This document shows, piece by piece, positions 9,240 to 19,346 of a stretch of 64,000 bases of DNA. The notes under the pieces are model-generated. The model did no database searches, was not told where the DNA came from, and was given only the letters and a program-made list of their open reading frames with translations. Numbering within the stretch: the stretch's first letter is position 1; each line of letters starts with the position of its first letter. Location of the stretch: NCBI GenBank assembly GCA_965208615.1, contig CBDBPB010000001.1, forward strand, positions 93,725 through 157,724, written 5' to 3'. This stretch comes from Spirochaetota bacterium. GTDB taxonomy: Bacteria; Spirochaetota; UBA6919; CBDBPB01. The translations under genes and the position numbers were made by a program.

Positions 9240-9749
9240 TTAGTAAAAATCCTTAGCCTTATCCCTTACAGATGTTGGAATACTATCCATAGCAAAGTTA
9301 AACACTAAATTAAAACCATAAAGTATATGGGGAACTAATATAGACTCATTAAACTCCTTAGTAGCCAAAGGGAAGTCCAAATGATTTAAAAGAAAAACCG
9401 TTATCCCAATAAGTATGAATCCCTTAGCAAAACCAATAGCACCACCAGCAATACTGTTTAACCAACCTAAATATAATTTCTTCATCAGTACAGAAAGATA
9501 GTCTCCAAGCTTATTCACAACAAAGTTCACAATAATAAATATTATAACAAAACTTATTACATTAGCAACTCCAGGCGATTTTATCACTTTAACTAAATAA
9601 TCACTAAAAGGCTTATAAAGAAGATAGGCAGATATAACACCTGTAATTATGGATAATAAAGAAAATAAGGCTCCAGTAAATCCCTTTCTATATCCAGAAA
9701 TGAAAAATAGCAATATCAAAACAGATATAGCTATATCAACAATATTCAT
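9240..9749 (-). CDS. cvpA: CvpA-family membrane protein
   Basis: N-terminus MNIVDIAISVLILLFFISGYRKGF and a four-TM layout typical of the colicin V production protein family. Confidence 0.75.
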   Translation of the reverse strand: MNIVDIAISVLILLFFISGYRKGFTGALFSLLSIITGVISAYLLYKPFSDYLVKVIKSPGVANVISFVIIFIIVNFVVNKLGDYLSVLMKKLYLGWLNSIAGGAIGFAKGFILIGITVFLLNHLDFPLATKEFNESILVPHILYGFNLVFNFAMDSIPTSVRDKAKDFY

Positions 9750-9787
9750 ATACTAATCCTCTACTTATCAATTTAATAATAGTTAGC

Positions 9788-10834
9788 CTATCCATTAGCC
9801 AGCAAGCTATTAAACTTATCCCTAAAAGAAGGATAAATAATCCCCTTTTCGGTTATGAAAGCTGTAATATATTTATTAGGGGTAACGTCAAAAGCAGGAG
9901 AGTATACCTTTACACCCTCTGGAGCAGTCCTTTTACCAAAACCTTGGGTTACTTCTTTAGGGTCACGCTCTTCAATGGGTATATCCTCACCATTTTCTAA
10001 CATAGGATCAACCGTAGACAAGGGAATAGCCACATAAAAAGGAATATTATGCTCCTTAGCATTAATAGCCAAACTATAAGTTCCGATTTTATTAGCCACA
10101 TCTCCGTTTATGGTAACCCTATCAGCCCCAACAATAACACTATTTATGTTTTTAGTCTTCATAACATGAGCGGCCGTATTATCCGTAATTAGAGTAACAT
10201 CAATGTTATTATTCATTAATTCCCATGTAGTTAACCTTGCACCTTGTAATAAAGGCCTTGTTTCATCAGCGTATACGTGAATAGTTTTTCCATTAGTATT
10301 AGCCATAAACATAGGAGCCAATGCAGTCCCATATCCGCTGGTAGCCAATCCCCCAGCATTACAGTGGGTAATAATGTTATCCCCATCATTAATTAGCTTA
10401 GAGCCAAATTGACCTATTTTAACCCCTCTATTAAGGTCATCCTCAAATATATTAACAGCCTTATCAAATAAAGCCTTTTTAAGCTCATTAACACTTTTAT
10501 CATAATTTTTATTAATAAGCTTTTCCATCTCTTCCAAAGCCCAGAACAAATTAACAGCAGTAGGCCTTGTACCCTTAAGATAGCTAATAACCTTATTTAC
10601 CTCATCCTTAAAGACATTATATTCCTTTGCTACAGAGTCCTTAACACCAAGATAAACTCCAAAAGCTCCAGCTATACCAATTGCAGGTGCACCCCTTATT
10701 GCAAGACGCTTTATAGCACTGGCCATGTCAATGTGATTGCTTATTTTTATAAGCTTTTTTTCATTTGGTAATAAGGTCTGCTCAATAATCTCAACATAAT
10801 TTTCGTAATAAGATATAGTATTTATTCTAGACAT
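9788..10834 (-). CDS. mtnA: S-methyl-5-thioribose-1-phosphate isomerase
   Basis: eIF-2B alpha/beta/delta-like fold motifs: LAIRGAPAIGIAGA, TRPTAVNL, THCNAG.LAT, ADETRP.LQGARLT, VGADR...NGD.ANKIGTY. Confidence 0.9.
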   Translation of the reverse strand: MSRINTISYYENYVEIIEQTLLPNEKKLIKISNHIDMASAIKRLAIRGAPAIGIAGAFGVYLGVKDSVAKEYNVFKDEVNKVISYLKGTRPTAVNLFWALEEMEKLINKNYDKSVNELKKALFDKAVNIFEDDLNRGVKIGQFGSKLINDGDNIITHCNAGGLATSGYGTALAPMFMANTNGKTIHVYADETRPLLQGARLTTWELMNNNIDVTLITDNTAAHVMKTKNINSVIVGADRVTINGDVANKIGTYSLAINAKEHNIPFYVAIPLSTVDPMLENGEDIPIEERDPKEVTQGFGKRTAPEGVKVYSPAFDVTPNKYITAFITEKGIIYPSFRDKFNSLLANG

Positions 10835-11634
10835 TGGATTTCCTTTTTAAAAAAGACTTTGAATATAAAAATTAAAAATATAAAATGAATAAGACGAAAT
10901 AAAAAAAATAGCTTATCTATGATAATAGTTATACCTAAACTAATAAATAGCCCCTTCTTTCCCGCATACATCCTAATTTCGTCATATACCCCAATGCAAA
11001 CACTCCTTAATAAGTCATCTTTATGTTCATATATCCATTTTTCCTGTTTTCCTGTTTTTAAGTCTAATATAAAGATATTGGGGGCAACCTTTTTTAACTT
11101 TTCTATAATTCCAGTATAGTCCCTTTTTAGTTGTTTGTTAGAATGCGTTCCTAATATTTTAAGCCTCGGAAAGCTTGTTTTAATATGCTTTACAGCCAAA
11201 CTAAGTTCTTTTACCTTTCCACCTAATAAAAAAAAGCTTACACTACCTTTAGCAAACAAACGAAATAAAAGTAATAAAAGATTAGATCCCTCATAAAACA
11301 ACTCATTACTATTTTCATTATATTCATAATAGTCTACATCAGTCTCATTTTCATATACTATACTGTCATAATCTTTACTATCGGGGTGATCAATAGAAAA
11401 AGAAACAAGAAACTTAATCGCCCATGTCATAATCCTACCCCTAGGCAAAACTATACTAGCTTTATTGATCATCTGAGCAAGCCGTTTATCATACAAACTT
11501 TTAAGAAAAAGCTTGAAGTCCAGCATAACAATCTGATGGAACTCTCTTTTTTTTATATAACTACGTATTTTAGCTATAAGTGGTGGCAACTTAACAATTG
11601 TTAATTCATTAATATGTCCAACTCGTATTCTCAT
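10822..11634 (-). CDS. WecB/TagA/CpsF-family glycosyltransferase-like protein with an acidic Y/E/N-rich insert
   Basis: FFLLGGK...FPRLKILGTH...APNIFILDLKTGKQEKWI matches the LLGG...YP.l.i.G...pDil.VglG.PkQE.W pattern. The usual PDG is PRG here. Overlaps mtnA by 13 nt. Confidence 0.5.
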   Translation of the reverse strand: MRIRVGHINELTIVKLPPLIAKIRSYIKKREFHQIVMLDFKLFLKSLYDKRLAQMINKASIVLPRGRIMTWAIKFLVSFSIDHPDSKDYDSIVYENETDVDYYEYNENSNELFYEGSNLLLLLFRLFAKGSVSFFLLGGKVKELSLAVKHIKTSFPRLKILGTHSNKQLKRDYTGIIEKLKKVAPNIFILDLKTGKQEKWIYEHKDDLLRSVCIGVYDEIRMYAGKKGLFISLGITIIIDKLFFLFRLIHFIFLIFIFKVFFKKEIQCLE

Positions 11635-11655
11635 AACAGAATTATATCCTTTATT

Positions 11656-12570
11656 TTATACGTTGTTTTCAAAAGATTTAAAGTATTTTTTAGAAATACT
11701 AATTTTATATTTTTCCCATAGTCTTTCGTTCAATTTATCAAACTCTTTTTCAACAAAATGCTCTATTATAGAATTCCTTACCCTAGTATATGAAAGCTGA
11801 TACCACTGCTTTTTACCTGTAGACTTAGGATACATACCAAATTTACTTTTATTTGCTTTATAATAATCTTTTAAAGGCTTTTCACCTTTTTTAATTATCT
11901 TTTGAGTTAATTCATTAATCAACTTCTTTTTATACAAATATATAAGTCTCCACTTCCAATTAAGCTTCCACATATCTTTAAACGAGGATATTTCATCAAG
12001 ACCAAGTCTCTTACCCTCAATGGATAAATATATTTTATGTAGCATATTATTTTTAATAAAATCTTTTATGTTGGCTTGTTTTGGTAATATGCTTTTAAGC
12101 TCTCCCACAGTTAAGGTTAACATATTCTTAACTTCTAAAATAGTTAGAGAGTTGTTATTAGGTTTTTCTAATACCCTTTCATAAAATATTACCTTATTCT
12201 TATCTTTTTTAAAATGTCTTAATTTATTATTTTTTTTTAGCTTTTCAAAAGTAAACTGCGAAATAGTATATAAATAAAATAACTTTTTAACATTTGAGGA
12301 TATAGTTTTAGAAAACTCATTTATATTAAGGTCTATCCATATAGCTTTGTTATTAAGGTAGTCAGTCAATATGGATTTAAGCCTTTTCCAATCAGATAGT
12401 TCTTTTTCTATAACAAGGTCTTTTTTTTTATAAAACCTTGGATCCTCACTCTGTAACAAGCTAACAAACTGACTATATGTAATATTCTCACTCTGGATTT
12501 CAGCTATTTTAGGAGAGCAACTAACTAAAAACAATAAAACCATAGTGGTTAATAATAATTTATTCCCCAT
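11656..12570 (-). CDS. Hypothetical lipoprotein (possibly a SurA-N/PpiD-like chaperone without a PPIase domain)
   Basis: Lipobox LFLVSC. Lys-rich helical protein with no firm motif. Confidence 0.6.
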   Translation of the reverse strand: MGNKLLLTTMVLLFLVSCSPKIAEIQSENITYSQFVSLLQSEDPRFYKKKDLVIEKELSDWKRLKSILTDYLNNKAIWIDLNINEFSKTISSNVKKLFYLYTISQFTFEKLKKNNKLRHFKKDKNKVIFYERVLEKPNNNSLTILEVKNMLTLTVGELKSILPKQANIKDFIKNNMLHKIYLSIEGKRLGLDEISSFKDMWKLNWKWRLIYLYKKKLINELTQKIIKKGEKPLKDYYKANKSKFGMYPKSTGKKQWYQLSYTRVRNSIIEHFVEKEFDKLNERLWEKYKISISKKYFKSFENNV

Positions 12571-12788
12571 CCCAATACTCCAATTTAATAGCTAAAGTAT
12601 AATATTTTTTTTAACAAACAGCAATCAATTTTATGGTTTATAAATAGTCATAATATAAATATAAAAAGTTTAAACCCCCTTGACTTCTCATTACAGCTTT
12701 AGGATATTTAATTCGTTTATAAAATTAGTTTCTAATTAAACTTTAGTTTTATTTTTAATACTTAACAAGCAGAATAAGAGATACTCCT

Positions 12789-14294
12789 ATGAAAGAAGAT
12801 AATCTAACAAAATGGAATAAAGCGTTTTGGATAATATTAGCCATATCTATTTTGCTTAGGATTATATGGTTATCAGAGTTCCCTCATAGCATTTATAGTC
12901 CTGATTCATTAAGCTATACAGCTATAGCACATGATATATTAGAAACTGGTAAAACTCATATAACCATGCGTACCTTAGGATATCCACTTTTTCTAATACC
13001 TATTATAAGTATTGCAGGGGATTATTTAGCTGTTGTTATTGTACAAATGGTTTTAGGTATACTAATTGCCGTTATATTATATCATTTATTTTGGGAGTTC
13101 TATCCTAAACAAAAAATCAGTTTATGGCTTTTTGGACTAATTATATTATGTAGTTATCATCTTAATTATGAGTCGTTAATTGGACCAGAGTTATTATTAG
13201 CCTTTTTTCTTACCATTTGTTTTTGGCTTATAGTACGCTTGCATAAAGCTCCTAAGTTTTCACACTTCTTTTGGTTAGGCTTAATAGCTGGACTATCCAC
13301 TATTACCAAGCCTGCTATTATATATTTTATAATACTTGGACTAATAATATCTATTTTAACGTTTTATAAAACAAAAGATAAGTTTAAGAAAATACTAATT
13401 AGCTCCATAATATTTTATCTACCTTATTTAGTTGTTTTAGGTGGTCAGGCTACGTTTAACTACTATCACAATGACTTCTTTGGACAAACTAGTATTGGAG
13501 GATCAAATTTATTTGGTAGTAGTGCCCGTTTTCTTGATTTAGATAAGCCTACTAAGAATAAAGAAATCAAAAAATTAATTAAGCCATATATAATAGAATA
13601 TAGAAAGCTCTATAGTCAAGATAAAGCAAATGCAATGTGGTTACTTTTTCACAAAGATGGTCCTAGTAAAATAATGCGGAAATATGTAAAAGGCTCTGCT
13701 CTTGAGTATGATAAGCTATGTAAAGAATTGGGCATAGAGGCTATTACATCCCACCCTTTTCGATTTGCTTATGAAAAAACAAAAGACATTATAGAGCTAT
13801 TATTTTTCCCACATAATATAGGTATGAATTTAAATAGGCCTTATGATAGAATTGTTCACTATTCTTGGCAAAGCCTTCCTAAGAAGTTATTATCCTATAA
13901 TAAAACTCATCCAAAAGTAGACTTCCCAGACAACATGCCTATTGAAAACTATAAACGTAGGCCTTTTAAATCTATAGGATCTTTTGTAAGACGAATATAT
14001 ATTCTATCCCCTGCTGTTTTACCTACTATATGGGCTATAGGATTGTTCTTATCATTTTATTTTCTATTTATAAGATATAGGGTTTTTCCTATTATGTCTG
14101 TTCTGACCAGTGCTTACGTATTAATACTATTTCACTTGGCTATTCATACTATAGCACATACTAGCATGAGATTTGTTTATCCTGTATACTCTCTTATGAT
14201 ATTTTTTACCTTTATGTTATTGGCTGAAAGTAAGTGGGTTGATAAAATAGTTAATAAAAGAAAAGATAAAAAGCTGTCTATTAAGAAGGCATGA
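12789..14294 (+). CDS. Polytopic membrane protein, GT39/ArnT-PMT_2-like glycosyltransferase (copy A, intact)
   Basis: More than 10 predicted TM segments, with the first loop ...FPHSIYSPDSLSY... as in GT-C enzymes. Family assignment is tentative. Confidence 0.7.
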   Translation: MKEDNLTKWNKAFWIILAISILLRIIWLSEFPHSIYSPDSLSYTAIAHDILETGKTHITMRTLGYPLFLIPIISIAGDYLAVVIVQMVLGILIAVILYHLFWEFYPKQKISLWLFGLIILCSYHLNYESLIGPELLLAFFLTICFWLIVRLHKAPKFSHFFWLGLIAGLSTITKPAIIYFIILGLIISILTFYKTKDKFKKILISSIIFYLPYLVVLGGQATFNYYHNDFFGQTSIGGSNLFGSSARFLDLDKPTKNKEIKKLIKPYIIEYRKLYSQDKANAMWLLFHKDGPSKIMRKYVKGSALEYDKLCKELGIEAITSHPFRFAYEKTKDIIELLFFPHNIGMNLNRPYDRIVHYSWQSLPKKLLSYNKTHPKVDFPDNMPIENYKRRPFKSIGSFVRRIYILSPAVLPTIWAIGLFLSFYFLFIRYRVFPIMSVLTSAYVLILFHLAIHTIAHTSMRFVYPVYSLMIFFTFMLLAESKWVDKIVNKRKDKKLSIKKA

Positions 14295-14304
14295 ATAGGC
14301 TATT

Positions 14305-15177
14305 ATGATTTTTAGCAAAAAGAAAGATAAGTATTTATCACCATCCAAGATAGCCTGGACAAGGTTTAAAAAACATAGATTAGCTATGGTCAGTCTGTGG
14401 ATTATTATTGTACTTGGGATTTTATCTATTGTTATACCTGTGCTATCGAGTTACTCAGTGGGTGAGCCTAATATAAAAGAGATATTTAGAGAGCCATCAA
14501 AAGAACACTTTATGGGTACAGATGAGCATGGCTATGATGTATTCACCCGTCTTTTTTACGGGGGACGTATATCATTATCCGTTGGACTTATGGCGGCTAT
14601 ATTCTCTGCTTTTTTGGGTACTATTATAGGGGCTACTGCTGGATATTTTGAGGGTATAATCGACTCTATGCTTATGCGACTAACTGATACCATGTTGTCA
14701 TTACCTGTTTTACCTTTTCTATTAATACTTGCGGCCGTTGTTGAGCAGAGGAGTATAATATTAATTGTACTTATAATATCGCTGTTTAGCTGGATGGGAG
14801 TTGCAAGGCTGGTCAGAGGAGAGGTTCTATCCATTAAGCAAAGGGAGTTTATAGATGCTTGTAAGGCTTTGGGCTCATCTAATAGTCGGATTATATTTAA
14901 GCATATTATACCCAATGCCCTAACTCCTGTTATAATAGCTACTACTCTGTCTTTGGGCAGTGTTATTCAGTATGAGGCAGTGCTTAGTTATTTAGCTTTG
15001 GGGATTGATCCATCAACTCCCTCATGGGGGAATATGCTGTCTAATGCTCAGGAGTATTTTACTAAGGCACCATATTTGGTTTTATACCCTGGTATATTAA
15101 TATCCATTACTATTATCTGTATTAACTTTATTGGCGATGGACTAAGGGATGCCCTTGATCCAAGACAGGTTATATAG
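14305..15177 (+). CDS. Peptide/nickel-type ABC transporter permease (OppC/DppC-like)
   Basis: N-terminal OppC-type TM helix and the EAA-region motif ACKALGSSNSRIIFKHIIPNALTPVI. Confidence 0.85.
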   Translation: MIFSKKKDKYLSPSKIAWTRFKKHRLAMVSLWIIIVLGILSIVIPVLSSYSVGEPNIKEIFREPSKEHFMGTDEHGYDVFTRLFYGGRISLSVGLMAAIFSAFLGTIIGATAGYFEGIIDSMLMRLTDTMLSLPVLPFLLILAAVVEQRSIILIVLIISLFSWMGVARLVRGEVLSIKQREFIDACKALGSSNSRIIFKHIIPNALTPVIIATTLSLGSVIQYEAVLSYLALGIDPSTPSWGNMLSNAQEYFTKAPYLVLYPGILISITIICINFIGDGLRDALDPRQVI

Positions 15178-15190
15178 CAAGATATTGACT

Positions 15191-17272
15191 ATGAAAAATA
15201 AACCATACATTTTAATTATACTTTTATTGATTAGCGGTTGTTATTATGATAGTTCTAATGCTAGTAGGTTAAAGAAGCAGGTTATAATAAGAAAGCCTAA
15301 TATTGAAAAGGAAATTAAGTATATTACTGGTCTAAAGAACAGAGTAGAACATTGGGAGCAGTATAATAAGCCAAAAGTTATAAGGGATGGGTTTAATCCC
15401 ATTGTAAATGATAGCCAATATGATAAGCCTGTTAGAGGCGGCTTTTTAAACGTACAGTTTGGGGTAGAGCCTAAGGCTATAAGTATATTGGATAATTCAT
15501 CTGTTAGTAGTATAATTGCGTCTTATGTATTTAACTCTCTTCTGACTACTGATCCAGAGACTTTTAAGGTAATACCAAGTCTTGCAAAGAGTTATAAGGC
15601 CTATGATATTGTTTGGCTTAAGGGCTATAAAAAGGACAGTGTTTTTAAGGAGAAGGGTGAGAACAACTATATAGCGGGTAACGTTGATGAGGACAACATA
15701 AAATGGGACAAGCATAAAAAGAGGATTTTAGCTATACCCATTGAGGTTAATGGCAAAAGGCTGATTATTGGGTCTAATGAGCTTAGGTATAGGGTGGATA
15801 AGGCTGATAACTATACCAGGGCTTATGATAGAGCTGTGGTTTTTAAGTTTACTTTACGTGATAATGTAAAATGGCATGATGGACATCCACTTAATGTTGA
15901 TGATGTTATTTTTAGCCTTGAGATTTTAAAGAATCCCTATATACACCAGCTAACGCACTTAAGGAGCTATTATAGCCTTATCAAGGCTTGGACAAAGGAT
16001 AGTAATAATACTATTACCATATATTTTGATAAGCAGTATTTTAAGGCAGTAGACTTTGCAGGGGGATTTACCATACTGCCAAAGCATATTTACCTACCCG
16101 ATAATAAAGTATTTACTAAGAAGGAGTTAGCAAGGCATTTTACTAGTCATGAGGTTAATCATGCTCCTATTGGTACTGGTCCATATTATATGCCGTCTAA
16201 ACTGCTATCAAACAGGTCTAACAAAACTGGATGGAAGTCTAAAAAGCATATTATGCTTATCAGGAATGACGACTATTTTCAAAAGGACAAAAGGGCATAT
16301 CTAAAGAGGATATATTTTAAGTTTATAACTAATCCAGAAACGAGTTTTATCGAGCTTAAGAATGGCAATATTGACTTTATGCCCAGTATGTCGGCTGAGC
16401 GGTTTTTTAATAGTAGTAATAGTGATAGGTTTAAGGCTAAGTTTGCAAAAGCTATTTATTATACCGGTGGATTTAGCTATATTGGATATAACATGAAAAA
16501 GGCCTATTTTAGGGATGCAAAAGTAAGGACGGCTTTTACTATGCTCCTTAACAGAAAGAGGGTGCTTAAAAGTCTGTATTATGGTATGGGTAAGGTTGTT
16601 AGTGGTAGTCAATATTATTTTGGTCCGGCGTACAATCATGATGTAAAGCCCTATGATTATGACAGAGAGCGTGCTATTGATTTGCTAAACCAGTCTGGAT
16701 GGGTTGATACAGATGGTGATGGTTTTAGGGATAAAAATGGTATTCCTTTTGAGGTTCAATTATTGTATCCTCAGGGTTCTCAGAGTGCTCAGAAGATATA
16801 CGCCTTTTTATACGAGGAACTTAGGGGAGTTGGTATAAAAATACACCTTACGAGGCTTGAGTGGTCTGTATTTTTGGAACATCTTAGCAACCGTAAGTTT
16901 GATTTATGTATATTGGGATGGGGTACTCCAATAGAGTCTGACCCTTATCAGATATGGCATTCATCACAGTGGGCTAATAGGGGTAGTAATCATGTTGGTT
17001 TTAATAATACCGAGGCGGATAGCATTATTGAAAAAGCAAGACGTGCTATAAACCCTATCAAGAGGTATAAGTTATACTTTCGTTTTCATGAGGTGTTACA
17101 CAAAGAACAGCCTTATTTATTTTTGTATACAATCCCTGTGAAAGCGGTTTATAATAACAGGTATCGTAATGTTAAGTTCTACAGAGGAAGGCCTGGTTAT
17201 ATATTGAGTGAGTGGTTTATTCCAAAAGCACTTCAGACTAAAGAAGAGCTAAAGGCAGAGTTAAAAAACTAA
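15191..17272 (+). CDS. ABC transporter substrate-binding lipoprotein, family 5 (OppA/YejA-like)
   Basis: Start moved to the ATG at 15191 (MKNKPYILIILLLISGC lipobox). GTGPY motif and family-5 length. Confidence 0.85.
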   Translation: MKNKPYILIILLLISGCYYDSSNASRLKKQVIIRKPNIEKEIKYITGLKNRVEHWEQYNKPKVIRDGFNPIVNDSQYDKPVRGGFLNVQFGVEPKAISILDNSSVSSIIASYVFNSLLTTDPETFKVIPSLAKSYKAYDIVWLKGYKKDSVFKEKGENNYIAGNVDEDNIKWDKHKKRILAIPIEVNGKRLIIGSNELRYRVDKADNYTRAYDRAVVFKFTLRDNVKWHDGHPLNVDDVIFSLEILKNPYIHQLTHLRSYYSLIKAWTKDSNNTITIYFDKQYFKAVDFAGGFTILPKHIYLPDNKVFTKKELARHFTSHEVNHAPIGTGPYYMPSKLLSNRSNKTGWKSKKHIMLIRNDDYFQKDKRAYLKRIYFKFITNPETSFIELKNGNIDFMPSMSAERFFNSSNSDRFKAKFAKAIYYTGGFSYIGYNMKKAYFRDAKVRTAFTMLLNRKRVLKSLYYGMGKVVSGSQYYFGPAYNHDVKPYDYDRERAIDLLNQSGWVDTDGDGFRDKNGIPFEVQLLYPQGSQSAQKIYAFLYEELRGVGIKIHLTRLEWSVFLEHLSNRKFDLCILGWGTPIESDPYQIWHSSQWANRGSNHVGFNNTEADSIIEKARRAINPIKRYKLYFRFHEVLHKEQPYLFLYTIPVKAVYNNRYRNVKFYRGRPGYILSEWFIPKALQTKEELKAELKN

Positions 17273-17295
17273 TGTATTATTTATAGGGAGGATTA

Positions 17296-17730
17296 ATGAC
17301 AAAAGATTTATTTTTAGGCAGTTGGAGACTTATATCCAATGAGTTTAAGTATGAGGATGGAACTATAAGCCATCCTATGGGTAAAAAAAGTATAGGGCTT
17401 TTAATTTATGAGCCTAATCATATGGCTGTACAGATTATGAATCCTGAGCGTAAAGCCTTTAGGTCTATGAGCCAATATAATGGTACTGATACCGAGATAA
17501 GGTCTGCTTTTGAGGGGTATATGGCTTATTTTGGTAAATATAGTATTGACGAAGATAAAAAAATAATTTATCATCATGTAGATGTAAGCCTATTCCCAAA
17601 CTGGATTGCTGGTGATCAAATAAGGCATTATGAGTTCTCGGATAATAATACTCGCTTATCCCTTAGAACTCAGCCTATAGAGGCTAAAAAAGGTACCATA
17701 ACAGGCTATTTATTTTGGGAAAAGGTATAA
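17296..17730 (+). CDS. Lipocalin-like domain protein
   Basis: LGSWRLIS...G.LIY...MAVQIM pattern of the bacterial lipocalin-like beta-barrel family. RBS GGGAGG lies upstream. Confidence 0.6.
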   Translation: MTKDLFLGSWRLISNEFKYEDGTISHPMGKKSIGLLIYEPNHMAVQIMNPERKAFRSMSQYNGTDTEIRSAFEGYMAYFGKYSIDEDKKIIYHHVDVSLFPNWIAGDQIRHYEFSDNNTRLSLRTQPIEAKKGTITGYLFWEKV

Positions 17731-17806
17731 CAGGTCAATAAATAGGTTATACGTTATAATTTATGTTTTATACTAAAGCTTGATATACACTCAAAAAGGA
17801 GTTACT

Positions 17807-19303
17807 GTGAAAGAAAGCAATTTAACAAAATGGAATAAAGCATTTTAGATAATCTTAGCCATATCTATTTTACTTAGGATTATATGGTTATCAGAACTCC
17901 CCCATGGACGTTTTAACCCTGATACTCCTGGATATACAGCTATAGCCCATAATATATTAGAAACTGGTAAAACTCATTACACTACACGTACCTTAGGATA
18001 TCCACTTTTTATAATGCCTATTCTAGTTATTGCAGGGGACTATTTAGCAGTTGTTATTTTACAAATGATTTTAGGCATACTAATTGCCGTTATATTATAT
18101 CATTTATTTTGGGAGCTTTATCCTAAACAGAAAATTAGTTTATGGCTTTTTGGACTTATAGCCTCCTGTGGCTATCATCTTAATTATGAGTCACTAATTG
18201 GACCAGAACTATTATTAGCATTCCTTATTAGCCTTTGCTTTTGGTTTATAGTACGATTACATAAAGGCCCTAGGCTGTTACACTTCTTTTTATTAGGCTT
18301 AGTAGCTGGGATAGCCACTATTACTAAACCTGCTGCTATATATTTTATAATATTTGGACTTATAACATCCATTTTAGCTTTTTATAAAGCAAAAGATAAG
18401 TTTAAAAAAATACTAATTAGCTCTATAATATTTTACTTACCTTATTTAGTTGTTTTAGGTGGTCAAGCTACATTTAACTATTACCACAATGATTTTTTTG
18501 GACAAAGTCTCAATGGAGGACCAAATTTATTTGGTGGTAGTGCCCGTTTTCTTGATTTAGATAAACCTACTAAGAATAAAGAAATTAAAAAGCTAATTAA
18601 ACCGTATATAATAAAGTATAGAAAACTGCGTAATCAAAGAAATGAAAATCAAAACTGGTTACTATTCCACAAAGATGGGCCTAGTAAAATAATGGGGGAA
18701 TATGTAAAAGGCTCTGCTCTTGAGTATGATAAGCTATGTAAATAACTTGCTATAGAGGCTATTACATCCCACCCTTTTCAATTTACTTATGAAAAGGCAA
18801 AGGTTTTTCTATCTTTCTTATTTAACACAGGTAATAGGCTTGTTAGCATAGTTAGATCCAGGGATAATGTTGTTCAATACTCTTGGGCCAATGTTCCTAA
18901 GCACCTACTGAACTATAATAAAACTCATCCACAAGTAGACCTATTAAAAAAAGTTGACTATAGAGTTAAGCCTTTTGAATCTTTGGGCTCTTTTGTAAGA
19001 CGAGTGCATATTATCTCCCCCACTGTTTTACCCATTATATGGGCTATAGGACTATTCTTATCATTCTATTTTCTTTTTATAAGGTATAAGGTTTTTCCTA
19101 TTATGTCTGTTATGACAAGTGTTTATACATTAATATGTTTTCATTTGGCTATACACACTTTAAGCATACCGAGTATGCGATATGTTTATCCTGTATACTC
19201 TATTATGATATTTTTTACCTTTATGTTATTGGCTGAGACTAAGTGGATTACTAAAATACTTAATAAAATACAAGAGAAAAGGCTGTCTATGAAAAAGGTA
19301 TAA
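17807..19303 (+). pseudogene. Paralogue (copy B) of the GT39-like gene at 12789-14294, interrupted by two in-frame stop codons
   Basis: Collinear with copy A in a single frame from GTG 17807 to the stop at 19303. TAG at 17846-17848 replaces the TGG of copy A, and TAA at 18743-18745 replaces GAA. No frameshift. Track fragments 18014-18745 and 18983-19303 are pieces of it. Confidence 0.8.
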
Positions 19304-19346
19304 ACAACTATTATGACTTTAGTAAAAAGAAAAGGTTTAAGGCATA

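Noticed and set aside
12789-19303. The two ~1.5-kb direct repeats considered as the ends of a composite transposon or insertion sequence pair
   Set aside because: They encode a polytopic GT39-like membrane protein, not a transposase. I saw no terminal inverted repeats or target duplications.
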